From the sequence record PP942979.1: a DNA stretch of 64,000 nucleotides; one strand, given 5' to 3'. Shown piece by piece: positions 30,010 to 39,633 of the stretch. The notes under the pieces were generated by a model that was given only the letters and a program-made list of their open reading frames with translations, had not been told where the DNA came from and ran no database searches. Every line of letters begins with the position of its first letter. The stretch's first letter is position 1. Made by a program: the position numbers and the translations under genes.

Positions 30010-31206
30010 TTAGCCTGTCACGCGATACCGCGCATTGACCCAGATACTGCGGTTACCAACAGTAGCCCATTTGGTTGTTGGGCTGTTTGTGATGCCGAGC
30101 TTGCCAAGTGCGCGAGCACCGTCAATCGCACCAGAACCCTGAGAACCATCACCGTCGTTGATTCCGGCCTTAGACAGTTTGTTCTTCAAGTTCGTAACAG
30201 GACCTTGAATCTGCGTTTCAAGTCTGCCTAAAGCAGCCTCAATCGAAGGTGTTCGGTCCATGTTTAAGTTGACGACTTGCCCCGTAAAGTCGAATGCCAT
30301 TTGCCCTTCTGCCTGCAACTGAGCAGCGAGCGCATAGTAGCAACTACAGGTAATCCAGCCATCTAAGATTGTGCCCTGCATGTTCGTGCCACTAAAGCCA
30401 GTAACACGCGGGCCAATCATATTGAACAGCGCAAGACCACGATAGAGATAACCAATCAGGTCAGCTTGCGTGTACTCCAGTTCAGGAATAACGTTATGCT
30501 GACGTGCTTTGTTGATGTGGTCTTCCACCAGCGATGCAGCAATAAGAACCTGAGGCGTCACTGCCCAGAGCTTATATGTCAGCATCTTGGTTGTCTTGCG
30601 TGTCGCAGAGGTGTAGTGCGCGATTAAACTAATCGGCTCAAGGCGACGAGTAGCAACCCACACAGGCACCTGAAACACGCAGGTCTTTGCACGGTTCACA
30701 ATCATCTTCACACCAGCATCGCCGGAGTCGATATCGGATGCAACGATTTGGTTATTAAGTGCGAGCTGGAATCTCAGCTTATCGCCACGAGTGTCAAAGT
30801 GGAACGGCAACGTCAGTTCAAACGTTTCGTTATCACCGAACAACGTAACGATATCCGTAACACGGTTTTCAGTCAGTGGTTCAACAATGAGTTCCTGACT
30901 GGACTGCATGATCCCTTCTTCGGAATCATAACGCCATTTGACTGTCAGACGTTTATCGTCCACCAGCCCCATGTTAGGAATCGCAACATCAGCAGTCCAA
31001 TAGCCAGGAACTTCTCCCGGCGTTGCGACTACTTGAGCCAGCACCGATTTATCGTCAGGGTCAATGAGGCTTACGACAGGCCCCATATCGTCTGACTGCG
31101 GATAAACGGGCTGGTCTAGATCATCGAAGAAACTCTCCTCGAGGACCAGTACGTTACCTTCTGTTGTGCGCATATCAGTCTGCCTTAGTGAGTCCCAGAT
31201 ACTCAA
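30010..31206 (-). CDS. Putative neck/head-tail adaptor with Ig-like N-terminus
   Basis: Helical C-domain (LEYTQADLIGYLYRGLALFN; FDFTGQVVNL) as in myovirus adaptors; tentative. Confidence 0.45.
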   Translation of the reverse strand: MSIWDSLRQTDMRTTEGNVLVLEESFFDDLDQPVYPQSDDMGPVVSLIDPDDKSVLAQVVATPGEVPGYWTADVAIPNMGLVDDKRLTVKWRYDSEEGIMQSSQELIVEPLTENRVTDIVTLFGDNETFELTLPFHFDTRGDKLRFQLALNNQIVASDIDSGDAGVKMIVNRAKTCVFQVPVWVATRRLEPISLIAHYTSATRKTTKMLTYKLWAVTPQVLIAASLVEDHINKARQHNVIPELEYTQADLIGYLYRGLALFNMIGPRVTGFSGTNMQGTILDGWITCSCYYALAAQLQAEGQMAFDFTGQVVNLNMDRTPSIEAALGRLETQIQGPVTNLKNKLSKAGINDGDGSQGSGAIDGARALGKLGITNSPTTKWATVGNRSIWVNARYRVTG

Positions 31207-32281
31207 TCAGATTGCGTAGCTGGTCGTTATACCCACCTTCGATTAGCGCTCGCGCCATTGCGACGTGGTTCGAGTTAATCGTCCTCACCACTTTAGCCTG
31301 ATACTCAGGAACGTTCTGCATGTTCTGACTCAGGTTGTAGAAGTAACTACGGACGAAGTTGGTTCGTTCCACGTTGCTCGCTTCCATATCGCTTGTGTCC
31401 TGCGTAGGAGTTAGCAGCAGGTAGAGCGCAGCAAGTAATTCCGGACTCTGGTCAACTATAGGAGATACCAACGAGGCAGCAATCTTCGTCAGTCCTTTCG
31501 CAACAAAATCAACCACAGTCTTCTCGATGAACGCTGTACCAGCTTTACCTACGTTTGGCAAATACAAGCCAGGCAGGATGTAGATGCAGAAGTAAAGCGG
31601 AAAGTCTTTGCGCATCACGTCAGAGATAAGCATCTCCGAGTAGTCTTTCCAGATGTTGACGTTGAAGTGCCATTCATCGTAAGGCACGGTACGCATCAGG
31701 TTCGACACTGACAGATCTTTCACTTGGTTCGCCTGAGATGCAAGATCGCGAGCGCTTTGCGAAGGGCCAAGATTCGAACTTGATACCAGCTGGACGTAGT
31801 TGCGTGTAACAGCACCAACAGTGTTGTACACAACGTTCAGCATTTCAACACCATTACCGTTCAGTGCAAAGATAACCGAACGAGGAAGACCGATAGTGAT
31901 GTACTCGTTATTATTGTCAACGCCCCACAAGCGCCAGTAACGCCCGCGACCGAGTTGAGTCATCGGCTGCGGGAGAATACGATTAGCGCGAGGTTTCAGG
32001 CAGAACGTGAAGCAGATACCGCTGTCAATCATGATCACTGAATCATCAGGACGATTCGAATAACCCATCGACATATCGTTATCCGTCGAGTACACGTTCA
32101 CCAGAGTGAAGTTCAGCGACTTGGTGAAAGGCATCTGAGCTTCAATCAAATAGGCGAGGACTTGACGAATGATAGTATCAAGCACATAAGGAGAAGCGCT
32201 ACGCATTTGTTGTGGCCGATACTGACCACCATACGTATTCTCCTTAAATGTGCGATCTACCTTGAAATGCGTTAACGCCAT
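31175..32281 (-). CDS. Hypothetical, probably structural, protein
   Basis: 368 aa in a late operon, coupled to neighbours. Confidence 0.6.
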   Translation of the reverse strand: MALTHFKVDRTFKENTYGGQYRPQQMRSASPYVLDTIIRQVLAYLIEAQMPFTKSLNFTLVNVYSTDNDMSMGYSNRPDDSVIMIDSGICFTFCLKPRANRILPQPMTQLGRGRYWRLWGVDNNNEYITIGLPRSVIFALNGNGVEMLNVVYNTVGAVTRNYVQLVSSSNLGPSQSARDLASQANQVKDLSVSNLMRTVPYDEWHFNVNIWKDYSEMLISDVMRKDFPLYFCIYILPGLYLPNVGKAGTAFIEKTVVDFVAKGLTKIAASLVSPIVDQSPELLAALYLLLTPTQDTSDMEASNVERTNFVRSYFYNLSQNMQNVPEYQAKVVRTINSNHVAMARALIEGGYNDQLRNLIEYLGLTKAD

Positions 32282-33570
32282 TACTTGACCGACTGTTTCA
32301 GCAGGCGTTTCTGTTGCGGGTTCAGGCCCATAACATCTGCAATCTCGTCGATCTTACGCAGAGTCAGGACGCCTTTCGCAGTACCACCAGAACCGGTCAG
32401 AGAGATCTTAATGAACTCACGACCGTTACGGCCGCTGACCATCTGATGCACAACGCTGTTCTTACCACCACGTCCTGCACGAAGCGCAGTAGAGGCCATG
32501 CCCAGGATTTCAGTAACAGCTTCTTTCTTCTCGGTCGGGCTGAGGCCAGGAACGAGACGCACATACAAGCTATCGTTCTGGACGCGCACGTTATCGAAGA
32601 TTTCTTTCTTACGACCGCGAATGGTGTGCTGTTGCAGACCCAGCGTAGTGGTATCACGCAGGTTCTGAGTAGAACGGTTGATTGGCTTACGCTCACTGTA
32701 GTTCAGGAAGCCGTCGAGAGCCATCAGGTGGTTGATGGTACGCTTCATTTCAGGAGCAGTAGCAATCTGACGACCCATCGGGAAGCTACCTGGAACTTTC
32801 TCGTCAACGATTGACGTCAGGAAGTTTTCGCTGATACCGTTAGCGACCGCGATTGTGGTAGACAGTACCAGAGCATAGTTCGGGTAGTGCATACCGTCAG
32901 AGTTCACGAAGTTGTCGATGAACACATAGGTCTGGAAGCAGATTGGGTCAGTACCGGACGCGATGAAAGTACGAGTACGAATCTTCGAATAGTCTTCTTT
33001 ATTCAGAATCTTCGACAGGTAGTTGGCGATGGTTGCAGCCAGCTTGGTATGTTCTTTCGGCGCGCCGTTTTTAACGTCGATGCTCATGAGCTTAACCAGT
33101 TTGGTCTGCTGGTCTTTCGCCTGAGTAATAACGTTGAGCAGAGACTTAGCGGCTGCGTTCTGATCTTTGAATGCGCTGAAAGTCTTGCTGTTCAGAATCT
33201 GGTAGGCAACGGACAGTTCACCAATTGCCTGAGACAGTTGGCTTACCTGCTGGTTGTATTGAGCTTTGCTCTTAACGTCAGAAATATCGATCTTAGACAG
33301 GTCGATAACTTGGTTCAGGTCAATCGCTTTTGCCTGTTTGCCTTTGATTGAGCCTTCGATATCGGAAAGTTCGATGGCCTTAGCGCTGACGGACAGGAGT
33401 TTCTGCGGGATTGTAACTGACGTGGCGTTTGCGATAACTTTATCGAGTACGTTACGGAACTCTTTCGCTGTGCGGGCACCACGTAAGGCAGTCATGTTCC
33501 CAGAGCTATAGTCAACAGATGCGCTGATACTGCTAACTTCATTGTTTTTGGCAGTCTTAGCCATGATCAT
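32281..33570 (-). CDS. Putative virion/head protein
   Basis: 429 aa, TAATTT promoter, N-terminal VSSISA and LLSVSA. Confidence 0.6.
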   Translation of the reverse strand: MIMAKTAKNNEVSSISASVDYSSGNMTALRGARTAKEFRNVLDKVIANATSVTIPQKLLSVSAKAIELSDIEGSIKGKQAKAIDLNQVIDLSKIDISDVKSKAQYNQQVSQLSQAIGELSVAYQILNSKTFSAFKDQNAAAKSLLNVITQAKDQQTKLVKLMSIDVKNGAPKEHTKLAATIANYLSKILNKEDYSKIRTRTFIASGTDPICFQTYVFIDNFVNSDGMHYPNYALVLSTTIAVANGISENFLTSIVDEKVPGSFPMGRQIATAPEMKRTINHLMALDGFLNYSERKPINRSTQNLRDTTTLGLQQHTIRGRKKEIFDNVRVQNDSLYVRLVPGLSPTEKKEAVTEILGMASTALRAGRGGKNSVVHQMVSGRNGREFIKISLTGSGGTAKGVLTLRKIDEIADVMGLNPQQKRLLKQSVK

Positions 33571-33676
33571 CCTCTACTGGGTCTAGTAATCATATCGAAT
33601 AAAAATTAGCGACTCAGGCGTGTTTTGTCCGATATAGTGTTCGCACTGACTTTACAAATTTTGGTCGCTATAAACG

Positions 33677-33707
33677 CAAAAAGGGGCAGCCGAAGCCACC
33701 CCTTTTT
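33677..33707 (-). terminator. Intrinsic terminator, tandem-wobble family
   Basis: GGGGTGGC-TTCG-GCTGCCCC then T-run; same stem as 6781. Confidence 0.85.
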
Positions 33708-33739
33708 GTTTCGTAGTAATGTCTTACCGACCAGGTCGA

Positions 33740-34417
33740 TTAAACAGTTACTTTACCTTTTTTCTTGGTCTTTGCTGCTTTTTTCGCGCCGGCTTTCTGA
33801 GCTGCGGTACCTTTGTGGTGTACCTGCTTCTGGGTAGTTTCTTTACCCTTTTTCAGACGCGGCAGCGGTTTCAGCTTCGGCTTAACCAGAGTTACTGCTT
33901 TCGGAGCGACTTTCGGCGTTACCAGTTTGCCGTCTTTGATCATCGGCTTACGAGCTTTACGCGCGGCCAGACGAGCTTTCTGCTTCGCAACCAGGTTGCG
34001 GTAGCCGGCTTTCTGTTTGGCTTTCAGGTTGCTCAGAGCGATGGTCTGACGTTTCAGCAGCAGCTTACGTACCGCGCCCTGAGAGCTTGCGGTAGTTTTC
34101 AGGCCGGCCTGATATTTAGCCAGACGCTCTTTCAGACGCTGTTCGATAGACTTCGCTTTGCCTTTAGCTTTCTGCTTACGCAGGTGCGTGGCGCGCTCGT
34201 TGTCGAACTTTTTGTCCGCAGTGGTTTTCTTCGCAGCAGGCTTTTTAGCTTTAGCAGCTTTCGGAGCCTTTGCAGCTTTAGGTGCTTTCGCAGCCTTAGG
34301 CGCTTTGGTGGTTTTCGCCTTTTTGGTACCAGTAGCTTTGGTAGCTTTCGCTTTCTTAGCTTTGGAACCGCCTTTAACCGGATCGGTCGGAGATGCAAGT
34401 TTGCGTTTTACGGCCAT
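33740..34417 (-). CDS. Histone-H1-like Lys/Ala-rich DNA-binding protein
   Basis: (KAPKAA)x3, KKPAAKK; extremely basic; own late-type promoter and terminator. Confidence 0.7.
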   Translation of the reverse strand: MAVKRKLASPTDPVKGGSKAKKAKATKATGTKKAKTTKAPKAAKAPKAAKAPKAAKAKKPAAKKTTADKKFDNERATHLRKQKAKGKAKSIEQRLKERLAKYQAGLKTTASSQGAVRKLLLKRQTIALSNLKAKQKAGYRNLVAKQKARLAARKARKPMIKDGKLVTPKVAPKAVTLVKPKLKPLPRLKKGKETTQKQVHHKGTAAQKAGAKKAAKTKKKGKVTV

Positions 34418-34533
34418 GATTATATCCTCAAGTTACAATTGAACTTTCGTCCTGTGGACATTAAGTTTTGAAATCAGCATGTAAAAATTAGTATATTCCC
34501 TAATACTTTCGTCAGGAATTTTCCTAAATCTTT

Positions 34534-35607
34534 TTACATAGCAGCATACCCTATTTCAGATAACACCGCGTTAAGTTCCTTGCGAGCACGGATGCGCAAG
34601 GACTTTTTAATCCCAGAAGCCTTCAGGTAATCCTTTAGGCCATCTCGTGGGTCAATGTCCGCAAGCGCCAGCTCACTAACATCAACTGTATCTATATTAT
34701 CGAGATCGACACGTTTATTCGTGGAATTTATTTGGGAAATGTTTGGGACGCGAGTACGGATATCTGCTGGGATCGACACGGTATCTTTAACAACAAGACG
34801 GTAGCGAATCGCAGGGTTTACTTCCAGACGTGACCAGTCTTTCTGATTTTCAATTGCAACTGTTTCCAATCTAAACCCAGGCTTGCTGTCAACAAACTTC
34901 TGTTGTACCACCAGCTCACCTTTCTTATACTGCACACGGATATGAATGAATCCTTTCGGCAGTGCTTCGCCAAACGTTTTCTGATACGGCGACCCGCAGT
35001 AAGTGAAACGTTTCTTTTCCAGAACCTGATGCAGGTGGATGTGTCCGCTGATTGTATAATCACGCGGGTCTACTTTGATATCCTTCTTTGTTTTAAGAGG
35101 GCGTCCGTTATCGCCAAGCGCGCCTACAGCTTCAACGTGACAGAAGTTGAGGCAAGGCTTCTTATGCTTGATGCTTTCTTTCGCAGGGTGTGGCAGGAAG
35201 TTAACAACGATGCCGTCAATCTCAACCTGCTTTGGTCGGAGATAGATATGCAACGACTTGAGGAAGTCCCATTCGCAGAATGTCTTGATCAAGTCCATGC
35301 TGGTGCTCGACATATCGGCCCAGTCGTGGTTGCCACCACAGTACCACGTTTCGATAACGCCTTCGTATTTGAGGAAGAACTGGAGCAGCTTGCGCTTTGT
35401 CTCGTCATCCATTTTAAACTTGTCGGTTATGTCACCAGGAACAAAGATGTGACGAATGCCATGCTCTACAGCGTACTGATAAATACGGTCGATCGTTTCA
35501 AGCTGACGGTCAACGTGATCAGTAGGGAAATGATTAGCAAGCCCCTCGAAGTGCCAGTCAGCGGTCACCAGAGCCTCTAACATCTCAGATACTTTTTTCT
35601 TTTTCAT
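34534..35607 (-). CDS. sbcD: SbcD/Mre11/gp47-like nuclease
   Basis: ADWH, PGD, GGNHD, FCH, SGHIH metallophosphoesterase motifs; start moved to MKKKKV. Confidence 0.85.
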   Translation of the reverse strand: MKKKKVSEMLEALVTADWHFEGLANHFPTDHVDRQLETIDRIYQYAVEHGIRHIFVPGDITDKFKMDDETKRKLLQFFLKYEGVIETWYCGGNHDWADMSSTSMDLIKTFCEWDFLKSLHIYLRPKQVEIDGIVVNFLPHPAKESIKHKKPCLNFCHVEAVGALGDNGRPLKTKKDIKVDPRDYTISGHIHLHQVLEKKRFTYCGSPYQKTFGEALPKGFIHIRVQYKKGELVVQQKFVDSKPGFRLETVAIENQKDWSRLEVNPAIRYRLVVKDTVSIPADIRTRVPNISQINSTNKRVDLDNIDTVDVSELALADIDPRDGLKDYLKASGIKKSLRIRARKELNAVLSEIGYAAM

Positions 35608-35655
35608 CAATACAATCCACGAGTTTCTTTGACTGCTATTTACAGAATCAAAATG

Positions 35656-35682
35656 AAAACGGGCAGCATAAGCCACCCGTTA
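35656..35682 (-). terminator. Intrinsic terminator, tandem-wobble family
   Basis: ACGGGTGGC-TTAT-GCTGCCCGT then TTTCATTT. Confidence 0.8.
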
Positions 35683-35685
35683 GGT

Positions 35686-37572
35686 TTACTTCATTTTAGC
35701 GAGGCGTTCACGACGTGCTTTAGCTTCCTCACGCATGTAGACGGCTTCTTCTTTTGCTTCTGCAAGAGCTATTTCAAGCGCACGATCACAGATGGCTTGG
35801 ATCACATGCTTCGGAGATTCATTTGGCTCAACCAGAAAATTACCGCTACGTGATAGCACCTCAGTATCAGGATAGAGTTCCTCTCTGGCCTGAGTTATAC
35901 ACAGCTCCTCGTCGATGCGGTAGATTAACGTGGCCAGCTCTGTCTTCTTGAACTTGTTCTCCTTACGCTCAAACAGAGGACGCAGTTTAGGGTGGAAGTC
36001 TCTGCGAGCATCAATAGCCACATACTTCCACCCATCAAATACCTTCTGCGCACATTCATAGTAGCGAGCATCTACACTGTCCTTGTATCGCTCAAGGCTT
36101 GCGCGTGTTGCAGCAGGGCAGATAGGAGACATGTTGGCTAGTGAGCCGATGGCGGGAGCAAGCACGTACTCGTCTCTATAGCTATCACCTACCACGTATT
36201 CTTCGTCTACATATTTGGTCTGCACTTCGCCTGTATTAACGCGGCACGCATTGTACCAGAATGCACTTTCAGGATTTTTGGTATACTTAACGAACGACCA
36301 AATCTGCGAGAGTGCGGCAGGGTATGACCAGTTCTGGATGTTCTCTTCCCTGTTTCCGTAGAAGTCCACATCACCAAGATTCGCGTCCAAGAAGTTCTGA
36401 CGTTTAGTGTGAGGCAGCTTGTCAATGAAGATTTCCATAGCTCTAGGCCTATGCGTCAGGTACTGCCACAACTTGATCACAGTCGGGTCTTCAACACCAA
36501 GTGTATCAAAAACTATATCGAGATAGTCGCCGAACTCTTGGTAGTGTTTATTCACAAGTAGCTCGGTAGCGGTGCGCACATAAAACATAGGCTGCCCCCA
36601 CTTCTCACGCGCGAGCGCAAGAGCAATGCTCGGATATCGGTCCATATAACTCCGTGCAATGTCTTCTCCGTCTTTAGTGCGCTTTGCAGCAATCAAACGT
36701 TTAACAAACGTGTTGACGTCACCATGAATAAGAGGACTTTCGAGATCATAGTCAAACTCCTCCCAGCGGCGATCTGGATAGAGCTTGCTGCTTAGTTCGT
36801 ATATGCCTTTACGTTCGGTTGTTGCGAGGAACGGATTGATGTGCTCGTCAAGCCACTCCTGCAGCACGTGGACGAAAGGCATCTTAGCATCAGGATAGGC
36901 AAACTCGACCAGATAGAGAGCGTTCACCTTTTCAGAGCCTACGAATCGATCGGACGCTTTAATCTTAGCCTTCTTTTCAAAGTAAGGCTTAGCTAGGCAG
37001 CGACCAATAGGCTTGTTGATGTTCTTGTCTGATGGGTCAATCAGATAGGCAACCAGAGTACCACCAGCGATATCCTGTTTGACATACTTCTTGTTCGAAC
37101 CTGTCTTCACGTTCATGCAGCTAACCCAGCCACGATCGGTGGACATACCTGCAATGTCGTATGGGTGCATTGAGATACAAATGAGCTGACGATTACGCGT
37201 AGCATTCACAATAGACTTACGATTCGGGTCAGAGTCGAACATCTTTTTGAGTTCTGGATTGTTCGATAACACACGACCAATCTTAACGATTCGACCATGC
37301 TTGTCCTTTCCTGCACCTGTCAGGTAATCGACGAGAACAATATCTTTCTCTGCCAGCGCGTCTACGATCTGAATCGGCGGCTTGACGTTTTGCGCAACGT
37401 TTTTGATCACGTTGTCGCTCTTTGCGTCTATATAGATACGCATGGCCTTGTGGCCTTTCTTACCGCTAATCTTTTCGAAAAGATTGAGTAAAGTCGTATT
37501 AGGCTTCCAACCTTTTCTGTACTTGCGGTACAACGAAGGAGGGAGAGCGGACAGACTGACTTGAATTTCCAT
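35686..37572 (-). CDS. Hypothetical protein with MEIQVSLSA N-terminus
   Basis: 628 aa, TAATTT promoter 30 nt upstream. Confidence 0.7.
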   Translation of the reverse strand: MEIQVSLSALPPSLYRKYRKGWKPNTTLLNLFEKISGKKGHKAMRIYIDAKSDNVIKNVAQNVKPPIQIVDALAEKDIVLVDYLTGAGKDKHGRIVKIGRVLSNNPELKKMFDSDPNRKSIVNATRNRQLICISMHPYDIAGMSTDRGWVSCMNVKTGSNKKYVKQDIAGGTLVAYLIDPSDKNINKPIGRCLAKPYFEKKAKIKASDRFVGSEKVNALYLVEFAYPDAKMPFVHVLQEWLDEHINPFLATTERKGIYELSSKLYPDRRWEEFDYDLESPLIHGDVNTFVKRLIAAKRTKDGEDIARSYMDRYPSIALALAREKWGQPMFYVRTATELLVNKHYQEFGDYLDIVFDTLGVEDPTVIKLWQYLTHRPRAMEIFIDKLPHTKRQNFLDANLGDVDFYGNREENIQNWSYPAALSQIWSFVKYTKNPESAFWYNACRVNTGEVQTKYVDEEYVVGDSYRDEYVLAPAIGSLANMSPICPAATRASLERYKDSVDARYYECAQKVFDGWKYVAIDARRDFHPKLRPLFERKENKFKKTELATLIYRIDEELCITQAREELYPDTEVLSRSGNFLVEPNESPKHVIQAICDRALEIALAEAKEEAVYMREEAKARRERLAKMK

Positions 37573-37630
37573 TGGGGATCTCTGTGTTCGGGTGATGATA
37601 AAAATTAGCGTAGAAACGACAAACGCCCCT

Positions 37631-38140
37631 TCAGGAGCGTCTATTGAATTTTAGCCAGTCTTTCCACCAATACGTAACGGGCTTGTTTTGCTTGAGCGCG
37701 TAGTCAATACAGTTCTGTGTTCCTGATGGTGCACCACAACACAATGAAATCAGACGATCTGTTTGATCAACCATGTAGTGATTGCGTTTGTTGAGTGCGA
37801 AGCCTGCTTGACCGTCCATGTGAAGCCAGTCTTCTTTTGATGTGACTATTCTTACTTCGTGGCTTTTATTAAGAAGACCGTCAAGTTCAATCACGCTACT
37901 GATTGGCCAGCGAGCATTGAACCCAGGATAAGGTAGACAGGAAACAACTTTATGTCCTTGGGATATTGCGGCAGTCGCTACAGCCATATCAAAGCCAAGA
38001 GCGCACCCGACGTAGATGATTGCATCGTCGTCCAGTGCGAGTAATCTGCGATGTGCGAAAGTATACAGGCGATCTTTTGCCTTAGGGCTGAATCCACCCA
38101 ACGATTGTGGGCGATGACCAGTGAAGGATATCTTTTCCAT
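37631..38140 (-). CDS. SLOG-superfamily protein (YspA/DUF1273-like)
   Basis: ISFTGHRP, GCALGFD, RNHYMVD, SGTQNCIDYA. Confidence 0.8.
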   Translation of the reverse strand: MEKISFTGHRPQSLGGFSPKAKDRLYTFAHRRLLALDDDAIIYVGCALGFDMAVATAAISQGHKVVSCLPYPGFNARWPISSVIELDGLLNKSHEVRIVTSKEDWLHMDGQAGFALNKRNHYMVDQTDRLISLCCGAPSGTQNCIDYALKQNKPVTYWWKDWLKFNRRS

Positions 38141-38179
38141 ACAGAGTATTTACAGAAGCACGTCCGTGTGCCGATACAA

Positions 38180-38545
38180 TTAGACCGTTACTTCGAGGTC
38201 ATGATCGCCTGAGTTCCATACGAGTTCGCGGATGTTACGAGGCATGATGATACAACCCGAAGAGGCAGTACCCGGAGCCTTGATGCTATCGCCGTGCATC
38301 TGAAATGCAGAGCGACCGAACATCTCGTTCTCTTTTGCTGGAGTCAGGTCCATAGCATACGGTCCTGTCTTCTGGCTGGTACGAGGTTTGTTCAGAGTGT
38401 AGCGACCCACAGGCAGAGGGCCCATGCCGACTACGTTCTGAGACTCGTGTTTGTTTTTGTGTTCGCCTTTACCTGCGTAGCCACGAGCGACCAGCTGATG
38501 TTGAGCGTTGAACAGTTCACCTGTCGTTTGTTTATAAATCCACAT
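38180..38545 (-). CDS. Tlde1/DUF2778-like L,D-transpeptidase-fold protein
   Basis: GYAG, GPLPVGRY, GRSAFQMHG...ASSGCI catalytic His/Cys motif. Confidence 0.8.
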   Translation of the reverse strand: MWIYKQTTGELFNAQHQLVARGYAGKGEHKNKHESQNVVGMGPLPVGRYTLNKPRTSQKTGPYAMDLTPAKENEMFGRSAFQMHGDSIKAPGTASSGCIIMPRNIRELVWNSGDHDLEVTV

Positions 38546-38642
38546 AAATGCTCCTTATAGCTCAGTGGTGATTGGAAAGAAACTGGATAAATATTGCATG
38601 TTATAAGCCTTGGTTTTTTATTGTGGAACCACGGCATAGCAC

Positions 38643-38676
38643 AAAAGGGCCTACACCTTTCGATGCAAGCCCTTTT
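38643..38676 (-). terminator. Terminator ending the endolysin-to-ART operon
   Basis: GGGCTTGCATC-GAAA-GGTGTAGGCCC then TTTT; G.U pairs favour minus strand. Confidence 0.8.
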
Positions 38677-38681
38677 AAGTG

Positions 38682-38819
38682 TCAGACTATAACTGTCTTG
38701 ATCACGTTACGGTTCTTCTTTGGGTCGAACCATACTTCTTCAATAATCTTGCCCATGCCGAAGTTAATCATCTGCACCGTGCGTCGGCTGACGAGTTGCA
38801 GACGTTTAGACTGGAACAT
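38682..38819 (-). CDS. 45-aa protein (not in ORF track)
   Basis: MFQSKRLQLVSRRTVQMINFGMGKIIEEVWFDPKKNRNVIKTVIV; AAGGAG SD. Confidence 0.7.
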   Translation of the reverse strand: MFQSKRLQLVSRRTVQMINFGMGKIIEEVWFDPKKNRNVIKTVIV

Positions 38820-38821
38820 GA

Positions 38822-39331
38822 TTACTCCTTAATCATCTTGACGCGTGTGGGATCAAAGATGCCGAAGGTAGGCACATCGTTGTGCTCACCCTCATTACCT
38901 TTAATCGAGTCATACCCAGCAAGTTTGAGTATCTTGCTGATCTCGGTATACTCGTCCCACCACATATAAACCCTTTTGTGTTGCGATGAAGGGATAAGGT
39001 TGCTAAGCGCGTCTAATCGTTTGACAAGAGTTATCGCCTCATCTTTGCCCACCAGATGCAACTGGAAGGCTTCCATGATAAGTTGTTTAACCCTTCTATA
39101 AATCTCAGCGAACTTTACTTCCGTCCACAGAGAACGGAACTTCAAGGTAGCATAGCGACCGGGGTCCGCATGAAACTTGTAGAGACGCCCACCTTCTGCA
39201 TACAGTTCGGCATACGCACGATCTGGAGTTACCCAAGTCATGTGTTGCTTCTTCGCATGATCATCTGACCAGTCTTCTGCAAGACCGCGATAGTAGATAG
39301 TGGGCGCACTCAGACTGACAAAGATCTGCAT
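38822..39331 (-). CDS. ADP-ribosyltransferase-fold protein (ART-PolyVal-like)
   Basis: YYRG, WVTP...A..YA, GYDSI...E...FGIFDPTRVK; N-terminal MQIFVSLSA. Confidence 0.65.
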   Translation of the reverse strand: MQIFVSLSAPTIYYRGLAEDWSDDHAKKQHMTWVTPDRAYAELYAEGGRLYKFHADPGRYATLKFRSLWTEVKFAEIYRRVKQLIMEAFQLHLVGKDEAITLVKRLDALSNLIPSSQHKRVYMWWDEYTEISKILKLAGYDSIKGNEGEHNDVPTFGIFDPTRVKMIKE

Positions 39332-39633
39332 TACTTACGCACACGCAATGCAGGGTCGTTCGCCTTGTCATAGCGATCAGGTCGAACGATAACAACACCG
39401 GTAGGTCCAGTTTTCACTTCCAGCAAGCCAGGAATTTCAAAACCATCGGCAGTGTCTGACACAGGGAATTTCTTCTCCAGCAGTCCACGCATCTTGGTCA
39501 GTCCTTCATTGGACTTGGCGATCTTCCCGCCCTTCATATTACGAATCAGACCAGCACTGCGACCTACGTTGAATTTGAAACCAACAGAGTTCAAAATCCC
39601 AGGCAGTGCTTTATCGATCTGAGCCGAAGTTAC
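39331..39633 (-). CDS. 100-aa -1 frameshift extension of 39630..40364
   Basis: Open -1 frame from A_AAA_AAG (39639-39633) to TAA 39331; no SD-supported start of its own. Confidence 0.65.
   Translation of the reverse strand, partial: VTSAQIDKALPGILNSVGFKFNVGRSAGLIRNMKGGKIAKSNEGLTKMRGLLEKKFPVSDTADGFEIPGLLEVKTGPTGVVIVRPDRYDKANDPALRVRK

Noticed and set aside
33740-33800. G_AAA_AAA runs near the end of the histone-like gene and Lys-codon runs in dnaX as frameshift sites
   Set aside because: Not XXXYYYZ heptamers, no long downstream frame noted before the terminator; this DnaX is already gamma length.
38585-38625. Sigma70 promoter upstream of the Tlde1-like gene
   Set aside because: TATAAC -10 is present but the -35 (TTCCAC) matches only 2/6.
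39331-39594. Independent 87-aa gene starting at TTG 39594
   Set aside because: No properly spaced SD; frame is open 13 codons further to the slippery site, so treated as a frameshift extension (sequencing error remains possible).
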